From Eledone cirrhosa (lineage: Eukaryota), in the NCBI GenBank assembly GCA_964016885.1, contig OZ024742.1, positions 67,952,001 through 68,016,000 on the forward strand: 64,000 bases of DNA, written 5' to 3'. Shown here in pieces: positions 1 to 13,222 of the stretch. A program made the position numbers and the translations under genes. The notes under the pieces are model-generated. The model made no database searches. It was not told the origin of the DNA and saw only the letters and a program-made list of their open reading frames with translations. How positions within the stretch are numbered: position 1 is the first letter of the stretch; each line of letters begins with the position of its first letter.

Positions 1-315
1 GCTGTTATTGTGCTGTTGTATTCCTTGAACCCATTGTTATTTTTGTCGTTCTTAATTATCTCGTTTATAATGTTACTCTTACTACTTCTTCTCTTGTCAA
101 TGCCATTGTTAGACGTATTTTGCTGTTTGTCTCTGCTGAAATGTTCATTTGTTGATTATGTTTTTTTATTAACGAAGCATCAACAACGTTTTGTGGCACG
201 CTTTTTCGGAAACATACACTTGTTATTATTGTTGATATTGTTATTGTTGATTACAGTTATATTAAATATTCTATATTCAATTAAAACAAAACAATATCAT
301 CATTACCAACAAAAG

Positions 316-360
<45 letters not shown>
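316..360. repeat. (CAA)n microsatellite
   Basis: Direct reading; it produces the poly-N run in ORF 10..432. Confidence 0.95.
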
Positions 361-361
<1 letters not shown>

Positions 362-1768
362 GCAATGAGAACAAAAACATCATATCCTTGCGTTTTCTCT
401 TCAATCATTCTTCGTTAACACCCACAGCATGATAATGATGATGATGATGATTACGATCATCATCATCATCGTTGTCATCCTCATCTACAACAGCAAAGAC
501 GATAATAAAGTAAAACGTTTTTTAGACTTTCCCTTCAGTACCCACAGTAAAATGAAAATGAATTTCAAGGAATTAATACAACAGGGGAATCAGTAGAAGC
601 AGCTACAAACATCGTCAACAACAACGAAAACAATAAGAGCCACTGCAACAAATTATTGCCTTTCATAAGACGTTGCCGTTTCTTCCACGTTTCCAAAAGA
701 TCAACAAACTCAAAAATAGCAATTAACTAAACAAAATAAATTAGATTTCAGGTGTGGCAGGAATGAATTTCCAATTCCGAAGACAAAAATCTACGTTTTA
801 TGTCTTTCAAGATAGAAAAATTTAATTCCAATTTTTTTTTTCAAAATGCAATCAGTATTAACGACTAAAATATTCCTTACTCTTTATTTTTTGTGCTTGT
901 AGAGTTTTTATCCTAAACATTATATTCTTCTCTTACCTTTCTATTCTATTTTTTTTTATTATATTCCTCATCAAATTTTCTAAATAAGCCCATACTGCCA
1001 CAAACATGTTTCTTTCTGTATCAATTGATTTTTTTCTTTCATTGAAAAAACGCAACACGTTATATATATATATGTTTGTGTGAATGTATATATGTGTATG
1101 TGTGTGCGTGCACATATGTGCGTATTCAACTACACACTCGCACACAGTGATATAAGAGTGTGTGTCAGTGTGTATACATGTATGTTTGTGTAAATCTTTT
1201 AAAATTGTTTAAGATAAATAAACCCACTAAAGGAGCACCGGAGTAATACATATGTAGTTTGGTCTAAATTTGCGGTTTCTGTGATTGTATATTTGGTATA
1301 TTATTGGATCGCCAAGTATGAAATTTGTAGAAATGTTTAGAAGAAAGAAGAAATTTTTACAAATTTCATACCTGACGACCCAATACATTATCTATATATT
1401 AATTTCAACAACGTCAGTATTCCGTGTGTTAATTCTCGATTATCATTGGTTCATAGGTTTCAAACGACTCCGCCCACCTCAACGACGCCAAACTTAAATT
1501 AATACGCATAATGCCAATGAGGGAGTGCGAGGGGAGAGTAAGAAACAGAGAGGCAAAGTGAACGCTGTAACTATTACCATGTGTGCGTGTGTATGTATGT
1601 GCGCGTATGTTTATGTGTGTATGCGTGCGTGCAGCGTTCCACTGAAAGTAAAAACTATCAACATGTGTGAGTGTGTAAGTGTGTGTAAGTGCACGGGTGC
1701 GTGTGTAAGTTTGCGTGCGTGTGCGCGTTTCCATGCGTGTATGTGTGTGTACGTGGGGCGTTCCATAA

Positions 1769-2535
1769 TCGCCACTCAGTTTATCTGTCTGTGTGTCTGT
1801 CTGTCAGTCTAACATACACAGAATTGTGAAGGGAATAAATAGGGACCTTTTTTTACATTGACGGATATCTTTTATATTTATTATTGTGTTATTTTTTGAC
1901 AATTGTTCGAAATGAATACTGATAATAAAAGAAATTCGACTTTATCAAACAGTGAACTACAGCGACGATGGCGTGCAGCCACCAATGAAGAAAAACGGGT
2001 CGAACAGCACCATCAGAACGCCGAACTTCAGAGTAGAAGACGTGCCGCCATGAATGAAGAGGAGCTGGCTGAACAACGCCAACGAAACACTGGAGCCAAG
2101 TAGCGACGGCGTGCTGCGATGGTTGAAGACGAACTGACTGAGCATCATTTTTATATTAATTATCTATATCTATATCTACATAAAATATATAAGATTGGAA
2201 CTTCCATCATCCTTTTGATAAACGTGGAACAACTACGTCTATGCAATGATACACGTTTTACAGTCAGGCAGAATATGAACCATCTCCTAGAGGCCACTAT
2301 TCTAGGTGGGAACACCTAGAATTGTTCATATACTAAGCACAAACGGTACAACGAAGAATCTGGTATATCTGGAAGATTTTTTTTTACTGTTTTCTGTATC
2401 ACACAGACACCACGGACTCGCCTCATACTGTAACCAGACAGTCATTCAATGCAGTCATCTAATACAGTCATTTTCTCTTTTACCTGTCTTCTCTTATCAT
2501 CTGTTTACCCGGGCGAAGCTGGGTACGTCAGCTAG
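1769..2535 (+). mobile_element. Non-autonomous Helitron with Rep/PIF1-helicase remnants
   Basis: 3' end is the hairpin ACCCGGGCGAAGCTGGGT followed by CTAG|T (2507-2536). The peptide KIGTSIILLINVEQLRLCNDTRFTVRQNMNHLLEATILGG (~2190-2310) resembles the PIF1 C-terminal LKVG..I.LLRN....LCNGTR motif. Charged R/E repeats occur at 1950-2120. The 5' TC boundary is uncertain. Confidence 0.75.
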
Positions 2536-3195
2536 TATAAATAGTTACTCATAATGTTATACTTTTGGAAAAGTTTATGAACCCATTTATATGTTTAAGT
2601 ATCAATAAGCATACACATGGTTTCGATGTGAATATTTTAAGATGTGAACTTATAGTAGCTGCCCCTCTATGACAGTATTTCAGGATTTTTGTTCTTTTCG
2701 GCAACCCTTACTTACATACGCATATATGTATCATATATAGAGAGTGATATTACATGAATATATATGTTGTGTGTGTGTGTGTGTATGCGTGTGTGTGTGC
2801 ATGTGTGCGTATGTGTGCGTGTAATATTTGACATCTTCCCCTCTATCTATCTCTTTCTCTCTCTTCCCCTCTCGATTTTTCTCCGTGTCTGATCGTCGAT
2901 TTATAGTTATCTAGTTAAGTATTTTTACCAATGTATTTATAGTTTTGGCAAGAACAACAATAAAAACAACAAAGCAGATGGAATGTAAATAATCCATATC
3001 ATATTAAATAATGTATCTCGTCTTCCTCGATCCAATGCTGGATTTGTATTGTTATTCGAACAGTCTAACAGAACTTTATCATAAATACGATGTCTCTGGT
3101 CGAAATAAATGCATGCGTATGGCTAATTTGCATTTGCTTAGGGTGAAGCGGGAACTAAATAATACAAGTGTATCATTGATCTAAAAAGAGCACCA

Positions 3196-4830
3196 TTCTT
3201 CTTCTTCTTCTTCTTCTTCTTCTTCTTCTTCTTCTTCTTCTTCTTCTTCTTCTTCTTCTTCTTCTTCTTGAGAGGGTTGTGGCGCAGAGTCCTCAAATAT
3301 TCATCCCAGTGGGTCCTGTTAGAATCAACCGTCTCCAACAGATCCGGCTGGATCTCCAAGCGAGATCAGCCAACATTATGGATGCTATCCAACTATCTTG
3401 CTCGGGGTCTACCTCTGGGTTTCCTATCCGTTGTTTTCGCCCGTAAAATCTATCAAATGGTTCTAACCCCATGCCCATAATATCGGAGCTGTGATCTCTT
3501 AATTCGGAAAAGAAGGGACTCTAGCTCGAGTGACTCTCTGATCTATGGGCTACGCACTCTATCGAGTAACGTCACTCCAAAGACTATTTCAGCCCATCAT
3601 TCCGAACCCCATTTCGACAGCTTGTATTCGTCATCGTATTCTTTCGGTCATTACCCAAGATTAATTATCATAAGTAAGGAGGTAAGGGTTGGCAAGAATA
3701 CTGAATTGAAGATAGTGTGTTTGGCTTTTACACCCACCTCCTTGCTGGTTACTGAATGGTGAAGCTGGGGCATTACTGCACGAACTCCTACACTTCTTAC
3801 ACTATATTCAGCTACCTGCCTTCCATGAATCGCAAACACAGCCTATAGATAATTAGACTTCTCTACCTGCTTCAGTAGAGCTCCGTTCCCATGTAGATTG
3901 CACTGCACAGGCTTCCTAGGGGGGAGTGAGTGTCTCAGATTTTGTAGCACTGATTTTCATCCCAGACATGCAGTACTCAGCTTCAAGCCTATCAAGCGCA
4001 TGTCGGTGATCACCTTCTGTTGAGTTAAGTATCATAATGTCGTCTGCAAATTGCAGTCGACTGATTTCACACACGTCAGTCGTAATACCACTTCCAACCC
4101 GGCTTTGTATGCCAATCTTGGTCATTAAAATAATAAACAAGAGGGTGATAATACGCAGAATAGCAGAATGCCATTCCTACATTGAATGACTTCGATTGAG
4201 CAGCAATACGTGGGCATTCGTATAGAGACATCAGGACAGCAAGGAGCTGACCATCGATCATATACAGTACTGCACAACCTTCCAAAGCAGGTTCCGAGGA
4301 ATGCAGTCATATGACTTTTCAAGATCTACTAAACAAGAATATACCTCTGGGTAATAGTCCCAGGATTTCTCGAAGACCTGTCGCAGTGTGAATATTTGGT
4401 CGCTTGTGCTACATCCGGGACAAAACCTTCACTGTTCAGCAGCTAGCGTGGACTTGACAATTTCCCTTCAACACTTTCCCAGACAATTAGCATACACGAT
4501 AGCGGGCAGGGTTAACAAGGAGATCCCTCTGTAAATGGAGCAATCTGTCTTGATCCCTTTTTGAACATTGGGATTATCACTCCTGATTTCATGTGCTTAG
4601 GTGCCTTGCCAGAATTCCAGGCAACCCGACATATACGATTCAGCCAGAAAATACCTTCTTTATTTAAGGCTTTTAACATCCCATGTCTTACCTTCGGCCG
4701 CCTTTACTCTCTTTGCTGCGATTCTTCGTGCTTACTTATAACGCAAGTGCAAGAATTATGGAAGTACAACGTTTACGTATCCAGAGACCCCCAAAGAGGG
4801 TTCGGAAGGGAGCATCGCTGCATTTAAAAT
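3196..4830 (-). mobile_element. 5'-truncated, decayed RTE-clade LINE with (GAA)n 3' tail
   Basis: Minus-strand RT remnants include DQIFTLRQVFEKSWDY..VYSCLVDLEKSYD and LQFADDIMIL...GMKISATKSE. The (TTC)n array at 3196-3269 sits at the 3' end. Confidence 0.85.
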
Positions 4831-6647
4831 ATATATATTCTTCACTGGCATTCAGATGGCAAAATGGATAACAAATTTCGAATTTAATTGATTAAAAATG
4901 AAAAATTTGATCATGTCATCTGTAGAATATTTCTAGTTCCATTGATAATGTCGTAACTTGGTCTAATCACAAACAAGAAGATGATTAATTGTTGCAACAT
5001 TTTCTAATCTGTTGCGATAAATTTGAAATGTATTGTCTTCTCAATCATTTTAACAACAATTTAGAGTTCTTCGTAAAAAGATATTAAAAGACAATCAAAG
5101 CAAAAAATTTATTTTTATAAAATGGAATGACCTTTTTTGTCAGATATTTTGTTATCTTTATTAATAAATTATAGAGACGATTGCTATAAAATAAAAGATA
5201 AGATACTGGTATGGAAAGATTGTAACACAGTTTCAATTCCCGTAGAACACAAACATGCATTACCACTATTATCAATGGTCATTCAGGAGATGTATACTGC
5301 AATATCCTTTTTCTATTAATCCTAAATTATAGACTTTAGATAACAATGTCATAAAATAACCTTAGTTCATTAAATATTGATTCAATTAATGATTAAGAGT
5401 TGTGGATGTCTGGGGTAGGAGGATATTGTGGTTTGATGAATTTTCTGTGATTGAAACATCTCTTGGAATACCTAGACATATTGAGATTAAACTAAGCTGA
5501 AAGCAGGGAAGAAAAGCTTCTTTCATAACTACTATACGGAACAAACTGGTATATATTTTCAATGCAATAACAACTGGTGTTATTTTTATAAGAGAGCTGG
5601 ATAGTGGACGTATACCATTAGCATCATAATAATAATTTCTAGTATTCATTTTTAATAATGATGCTAGCATGCTGAGAAGCCTGTCGGAACTTAAACTTGC
5701 CACATTTGTATTCCAACCAGTTCCCCTCTGTGTGTTTCTTTCAAATCGGTTCTATACACCCGTTTTAATGTTAATTCTTTGTTTCCCATTCCCCATTAGT
5801 TGATAAAGCGGTATTTTGTTTTCCATTTTCTTAGTGTGTTACAATTCAAGACATTCTTTGCCAAACATCTCTCCTATCAACTTAAGGTATGGCATCACTA
5901 TTTACTTTTAACATATTGATGGGAATTTGTTTCCCTATGGGGTCTTTTTTTGTTCACAATTTCTGGATGTCTAAGGATTCGGATCTTTCTAAAGCAGCTT
6001 TTCGTAAATGTCTGGAACTTTCTGTGTACATTTGCGTTCATTCGCCATGACACTGTACGATTACTGAGGTTAGTTGCAAAGTCAAATCGAAATAATTTCA
6101 ATAGTTCTTGACCTCAACACTAATCCTTGTTGTTTTGCATTCCGATTGTTAAGGTTAATGTGTTCGTTGTTCAATAACGAGTCAGCAATGTTACATAAAA
6201 CACATTATTTGAAACTTTCAAGACATGATCATTGGATAGTATATTCTGGCATTATATGTGGAACTATATTATAAGATGTACGCTATACTTTAGAAGACGG
6301 TGTATCGTGGGGGAAATAGTTCTAAGTAGAGGCTCTATTTGATTTCTTAAATTCGAACAAGAACATCAATAACAATAACGCACGTGTATGAATAGGAGTC
6401 TGAAGATGCATAAATGCAAAATTATGGTAATTTTATTGAAATATGTTTCATTATGGTTAAGCAGAATATGGAAGAAAATTGTTGTAATTGATTTAAACGA
6501 ATGTACAATAGAATACACAGATTGCAGACATGACTGGAAAGGTTACGGAAAACGGGAGGATATAAGCAACTTTGCATAGAAGGTTATTACTAAAGAATGC
6601 TTAATGTTTTGCTATAAACCGATTTTTGACAAGCACTATTATAGGTC

Positions 6648-6685
<38 letters not shown>

Positions 6686-7329
6686 AGAGAGGAAGAGAAA
6701 TAGATATAGATATACGCACACGCTGTCACTCCACCCCACTACACACACGCACGCACACGCAAACACACGCATACACACACACTCACACAAACACACATAC
6801 ACACATACACACATACATATATATATATATATATTTGGATTTATATACTGTATAAGTAAGTGAATTTGCCAGTGTGTGTGTGTATATGTATGTATACGGC
6901 TTTATGAGTGAGTATTTTTAAGGCAGTAGATGTTTCACGTTTAATTAGATCCAAGTGAAAGGTCGATGTAAAGTTGTAACTTCTCAAACAAATCATTTCA
7001 AACAATTGATTAGAATCTTCCGTAATTCTTCAACAATTTTATAACTGCTGCACAAAAGTATCAGCATGTCCTCTATAACTATCATAATTGCCCCTCTTTC
7101 CCCAACTTTTATTCTTTTACATGTTATGTATACTTCTCTCATATACTGATCAAGCGGTATACATTACTATATAAAAGTATGATATCCGTTGTTAGTGTTG
7201 TCTCTCAATATATATGTGCATCGTTTTGCGTTGAATTTTACATTGCCCTTACTCTTGTCATCTTTCAGAATCTAATGTCTTTATTATATGCCTTAACCTT
7301 TTGTTATAAATGGGTTTCATTCTCCACGG

Positions 7330-8150
7330 TCATATACATATTTAGCTGGAAAACTAGGTGAATGGATTCAAGGCTTCTTAAAAGGCAGAAGTCAGATTGT
7401 TGCAGTGAACATGTTTCTCTCAAAGGAAACGTCAATAACAAGCGGAGTGCTCTAGGGAACTGTCTTTGGGCTATTACTGTTTGTGGTGATTCTCTCAGAC
7501 ATGCGCTCTGTAATACAGACAGCCTCCCTCACAAGCTACGCTGAAGACACGAACGTAGCACAGACAATCAAGAAACCGGCCAATGCTAATCACTTACAAG
7601 ATATAGATGCCATATACGAATGGGCTGAAAACAACAATATGCAATTTAATGCAGGTAAGTTTCAAGCCCTCCGCTATCAAGCCCCAAACATAGGACCACC
7701 ACAACAAAGGTACAATTGACAAGGAGGAATCGAAATCCCAGAGTCAAAATCAGGGGTATTGACTTGAGCAATGATGTATAGTTTCATAGACACATCACCA
7801 AAGGTACACCGAGACGATTGCCTCAATGAAAGAGGTGAGCTACTGGGAGAGACTAAAGAAATTAAAGCTTTGCTGTGTAGTGCCAAAGTTCCCTCCGTGG
7901 CATCGAGTATAAGGATCACATACTACAATAGTGTAGTGGACAAGGAGCCCCAGTTTATTAATAAGCTGCCTGGTATTCTACTGATCAAGATCCCGGATGG
8001 ACCCTTAGCACGAGGCTAAGCACAAACAAGATCAAGATCAACTAACTCCCGCTTGCATCAATGTCGAAACCGGGAAGGCTGGCTATAGAAAGTATAGCAT
8101 TAATGGCCGTGCCCCAGCATGGCCTCAACCCCTCGGCTAGAACATAATAA
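7330..8150 (+). mobile_element. Decayed CR1/L2-group LINE 3' fragment
   Basis: The peptide LTSYAEDT...LQDIDAIYEWAENNNMQFNAGKFQAL matches the YADD and W...N.M.FN..K motifs. It ends in a stem-loop plus AATAAA before (TA)n. Confidence 0.75.
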
Positions 8151-8239
<89 letters not shown>

Positions 8240-8262
8240 CATATATACATACATACATTACA

Positions 8263-8304
<42 letters not shown>

Positions 8305-8320
8305 TACATATATATATATA

Positions 8321-8547
8321 AGTAGTATACGTACATACATATATGTATACAGACGTACAGTAGTAAGTATATATATACATACATGCACACATATATATAT
8401 GTACGTATGGGTTTACCGAACACTTATTATAATGTTCGGTTTGTTTGTAAACAAACAACGATGGTGGTCGAACACTGTACGGCTTAATTCGGGCTGTTTG
8501 TTTACAAACAAACTGAACATTATAATAAGTGTTAGTTAAACCCATAC

Positions 8548-8551
<4 letters not shown>
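8321..8551. repeat. Fold-back (~57 bp arms, 8401-8457 / 8495-8551) from a sister subfamily of the 8607-9890 element
   Basis: The arm GTACGTATGGGTTTACCGAACACTTATTATAATGTTCGGTTTGTTTGTAAACAAACA is followed by its near reverse complement. A similar segment occurs reversed at 24427-24585. Confidence 0.85.
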
Positions 8552-8606
<55 letters not shown>

Positions 8607-8610
<4 letters not shown>

Positions 8611-8721
8611 TTGAAAAAAATGAAAACGAAATTTCATTTCTCACTCTTAACATGGCACTTACTTAAATGTAAGTATGTATGTATACGTACATATATATAT
8701 GTATACAGACGTACAGTAGCA

Positions 8722-8805
<84 letters not shown>

Positions 8806-9257
8806 CATATATACACATATGCATACAGGTACACATACATATATGCACGCATCAGTTTAGCCGACGTTTATTATAACGCCGCTTTGTTCGTTTGTTTGTC
8901 AACAAACCGAACAGCCTGAATTTATGCCATACGGTGTTAAGGCAACCACGTCACCTTTTTGTTCAACACTGACACAGGAACGATGTACTAGTTTCAAGCT
9001 TGTTAGCTATCATCAGCACCGTTTACCCATCTGCCAGATAGTTGAACGTTCGAAAGTATATACTTTCCTTATGAAAATTAACGGCTGAGCAGCCTAATTT
9101 GCATATTGAGTGAGTTAAATCGGTCAGGCATACCGAAAACGATAAGTTGAAAAAAATGAAAACGAAATTTCATTTCTCACTCTTAGTATGGCACTTACTT
9201 AAATGTAAGTATGTATGTATACGTACATACATATATGTATACAGACGTACAGTAGCA

Positions 9258-9333
<76 letters not shown>

Positions 9334-9616
9334 TACACATATGTATACAGGTACACATACATATATGCACGCATCAGTTTAGCCGACGTTTATTATAACG
9401 CCGCTTTGTTCGTTTGTTTGTCAACAAACCGAACAGCCTGAATTTATGCCATACGGTGTTAAGGCAACCACGTCACCTTTTTGTTCAACACTGACACAGG
9501 AACGATGTACAGGCTGTTCGGTTTGTTGACAAACAAACGAACAAAGCGGTGTTATAATAAACGTCAGCTAAACTGATGCGTGCATATATGTATGTGTACC
9601 TGTATGCATATGTGTA

Positions 9617-9662
<46 letters not shown>

Positions 9663-9710
9663 TGCTACTGTACGTCTGTATACATATATGTATGTACGTA
9701 TACATACATA

Positions 9711-9764
<54 letters not shown>

Positions 9765-9890
9765 TGTATGTATATATATATAAATACTACTGTACGTCTG
9801 TATACATATATGTATGTACGTATACATACTTATATATAAGTAACAGCCGTACTCAGAGTGAGAAATGAAATTTGATTTCATTTTTTCCAT
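8607..9890 (-). mobile_element. Non-coding hammerhead-containing element: 536-bp direct repeat (8607 / 9143-9510) plus an inverted copy (9510-9890)
   Basis: TAAGTTGAAAAAAATGAAAACGAAATTTCATTTCTCACTCTTA starts both copies. 9510-9890 is the reverse complement of the repeat. The element is bounded by (TA)n. Confidence 0.85.
8979..9023 (-). ncRNA. Minimal type-I hammerhead ribozyme
   Basis: Minus strand reads aacggug CUGAUGA uagcu aaca agcuu GAAA cua GUA caucguu: 7-bp stem I, intact core, palindromic stem III (ACUAGU). Confidence 0.8.
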
Positions 9891-9909
9891 ATATATATAC
9901 ATATATATA

Positions 9910-10020
9910 TATGAAAAGATTCAGGACTCCGACGGCTGAGATTCGGCCATTTCGACAAATAGATCCGAAAGGATCTGGCTGTCGAAACGGCTGGAGCTTA
10001 GCCGTCGGGATCCTTAATCT

Positions 10021-10090
<70 letters not shown>

Positions 10091-10300
10091 ATATATATGG
10101 AAAAAAATGAAATCAAATTTCATTTCTCACTCTTAGTACGGCTGTAACTTACATATAAGTATGTATACGTACATACATATATGTACAGTAGTATTTATAT
10201 ATATACATACATGCACACATCTTTTCATATTACCCACTCTACTACCCCAAGTATCGAGTACTCTGGTGGGTTATGATCCACCTGGTTTTTTTACCACAGA
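9910..10300. mobile_element. Penelope-family 3' end: ~115-bp palindrome plus terminal segment, interrupted by an insertion at 10029-10218
   Basis: The hairpin at 9910-10025 contains GTC GAAA CGGCT..AGCCG TC. Segment 10221-10300 matches the reverse complement of 25918-25990 and also 62493-62560. Confidence 0.7.
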
Positions 10301-10720
10301 CATACTAACAAACGTACATACTTGCATACATACAGACATACAGACATCATCATGATCACAATGTTCCAAATATTTCGATTACCTCTTATTATTGACGTTA
10401 TCTAACTTGCGCTTGAACTTTAGATTTTAAACACCTGCATAGATAATTCCAGCTATTACAGACATGACACTACAATATATATTCTGAATTTTTTTTTTTG
10501 CAGAACGACAATGTATGGTATTCTCTACCTGTCATATTATACATTACATACATATATATTAGTTTCCACCTGTTTGTGGCGGGGACGATAACATTGTTAG
10601 AACTCAGGGTGGTCTTGAACGGATAGTTTCACTGAAATTAGGCGGTACGAGCAATAGTTATTGTGGTATGTGCTCATCGCGTAAGCTTTCCTGGAAGATT
10701 CTGCCCAAGCTAGAGAGTCA

Positions 10721-10789
<69 letters not shown>

Positions 10790-10986
10790 GAAAGTGTGTA
10801 AATATATATAGACATGTACCGGGTTACAGCTACTGTCGTTCAGAGAGTGGGATTGGCTCAGTGCACAGTCTTTCCTCACTTAAAAAAATATTTTCACACA
10901 CAGGCATTGCACGATATAATTAATTAATAATTATTAACAATGATATATCGTGCAATGGCCATACTCCATAACGAGGGGGCAGTCAT

Positions 10987-11057
<71 letters not shown>

Positions 11058-11063
<6 letters not shown>

Positions 11064-11550
11064 CAAATAACGAAACGAAATTAAATTTCGTTTCGTTTGT
11101 AACTCACTTTTGTATGACTGACGCTTAAACAATTAAGTTAAAAATGTACATCCACATATGTATACTGAAATACTAGTATGCATATGAATACACACACGTA
11201 TACATATGTAGATGTACCGATTTTTTCACTGGTCACTTTACTGTGAGTGTCCAGCTATTCTGTATGTAAACACACAGACAAAGCGGTTTTTAGAGTCATA
11301 CTGGTTTTTGAGGAAACACCTTTCCTCTATTCTCCAGAAAGCCAGACAAGGAACATTGAACTAGTTTCGTTGTTGTTACAACTCATCAGCAATATTTACC
11401 CATCTTCCGGCCTTTCTAGAGAATCGTAAAAGCACATATCGTTATATGCTTTTTCTATGAAAATTAGTAGTGGGCAGACCAATTTGCATAGAGCGTGAGT
11501 ACGTACCGGTTCAACGGAGACGATAAAAACAAATAACGAAACGAAATTAA

Positions 11551-11553
<3 letters not shown>
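11058..11553 (-). mobile_element. ~466-bp hammerhead-containing unit with a 30-bp terminal direct repeat
   Basis: TAAAAACAAATAACGAAACGAAATTAAATT occurs at 11058 and 11524. The layout is homologous to 8607-9142, and (TA)n lies on both sides. Confidence 0.8.
11352..11396 (-). ncRNA. Minimal type-I hammerhead ribozyme
   Basis: Minus strand reads aauauug CUGAUGA guugu aaca acaac GAAA cua GUU caauguu. All stems pair and covary with the 8979 copy. Confidence 0.85.
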
Positions 11554-11615
<62 letters not shown>

Positions 11616-11806
11616 GGTTGAGTCAGTAAACAAAAAACAAAAAGCAACGTGGAAGCGAAGAGGCAGTACAATATATATATATATATGCATATATATATAT
11701 ATCACTCTGCTGCTTGGGCAGAATCTTTGGGGAAACCTTACGCGATGAGCACAAGGCAATAACTATTGCACAAACCGCCTAACTTCACTGAAACCATATA
11801 TATATA

Positions 11807-11844
11807 AATGGAAAAATTGAAACGAAATTTCTTTTCTCACACTT

Positions 11845-11906
<62 letters not shown>

Positions 11907-11944
11907 ATGTATAAGTGTGAGAATGAAATTTCGTTTCATTTTTC

Positions 11945-11948
<4 letters not shown>
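11807..11948. repeat. Mini fold-back: ~43-bp inverted ends around (AT)n(GT)n
   Basis: ATGGAAAAATTGAAACGAAATTTCTTTTCTCACACTTATACAT pairs with ATGTATAAGTGTGAGAATGAAATTTCGTTTCATTTTTCCCAT. The same end motif occurs at 8610, 9890, 10097 and 24585. Confidence 0.85.
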
Positions 11949-11993
<45 letters not shown>

Positions 11994-12040
11994 AAGGAAA
12001 AGCGAAGTAGATTCAGATGTTCAAGTCCTTTAATAATAAT

Positions 12041-12114
12041 GCTGTGATATATATTTCAATGACGACACTGGCCACACTGTTCTGTGTGCAAGTGTCGTGA
12101 CATCATCAGACAGC
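12041..12114 (-). ncRNA. Type-I hammerhead motif (left arm)
   Basis: gcugu CUGAUGA ugucacgacacu...agugucgucauu GAAA uauau AUC acagc. Confidence 0.7.
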
Positions 12115-13222
12115 TTGTTACATAATAACGTTATGTTTCCGAGGCAATCCAAATTGAATCGACATGCGAACGGATGAAGTGTGTGCTTTTGGGTTCTTCA
12201 TCCGTTCCCCTGTGAGTACCAATTCACCCCCACCGGTCTGCGCATGCTCATGTCCGAAGGAAGTTAAACATTAGCTACCGCAGATTTCAACGAAATTAGC
12301 TTAGTCAGTTCACCCTCTCAGCCAAACAATGGCCCACCTAGGCCTGTACCATAGTTTACTGCTACCCATCCCGACTGTGGCAGTCAGCCGAAAGCCAGTG
12401 GGGATGGGAGAGTGTTAGTTTTTACAGGTCACAATACTACCTCTCACCAAGCGTGGACAGTACGACTGACCATCAACTCATAAGAGAAAATAAACTTAAT
12501 TCTAGGTATCATGGTTTTACATTGGAAGTTAAGAGTGAGAGTTGGAAATAAAAATTAAAATCCTAAATTAAATATCAGAAATTATAAATTAAACAATTAA
12601 AAAATTAACAATGAGAAATTAAAAAATGTTTCAAGTAAGAATGCGGATTGAGATGAGTAAAAAAATATAGATTGAAGTGAGTAAATAATATGGAGAGAGA
12701 TGTTTAAGTAAGAAGTTCTGAGAGGGGTTCTAATGTCACAGTTACACTATCCACAAATTGAACGACAGTGCCGTACATTAGAACGGAGGGTAAACTACAG
12801 TATTCAAGGCAGTAGTCAATCTGGTACGCAGTCATAATTTCCATCACATGGAACAAATGAGTTGATGGTCAGACGTACTGTCCACGCTTGGTGAGAGGTA
12901 GTATTGTGACCTGTAAAAACTAACACTCTCCCATCCCCTCTGGCTTTCGGCTGACTGCCACAGTCGGGATGGGTAGCAGTAAACTATGGTACAGGCCTAG
13001 GTGGGATATTGTTTGACTGAGAGGGTGAACTGACTAAGCGAATTTCGTTGAAATCTGCGGTAGCTAATGGTTAACTTCTTTCGGACATGCGCCTGCGCAG
13101 ACCGGTGGGGGTGAAAGGTACTCACAGGGGAACGGATGAAGAACCCAAAAGCACACATTTCATCCGTTCATATGTCGATTCAATTTTGATTGCCTCGGAA
13201 ACATAACCTTATTATGTAACAA

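Larger units (their letters stand above)
10624..11797. repeat. Dispersed inverted pair (~95 bp; 10624-10720 and 11701-11797)
   Basis: GCTTGGGCAGAATCTT...CTTACGCGATGAGCACA...CAATAACTATTGC...ACCGCCTAA.TTCA.TGAAAC is present in both orientations. Confidence 0.75.

Noticed and set aside
10-432. 140-aa hydrophobic ORF with poly-N
   Set aside because: Low-complexity TTG/TTA/CAA repeats with no domain or splice support.
10624-10720. GCGATGA...GAAAC as an HHR here, at 11743 and at 24601
   Set aside because: The core deviates at U4 and stem II is not convincingly paired.
6590-11990. Many YIYI/HTHT/CVCV ORFs here and throughout the window
   Set aside because: They are translations of (TA)n and (CA)n microsatellites, not genes.
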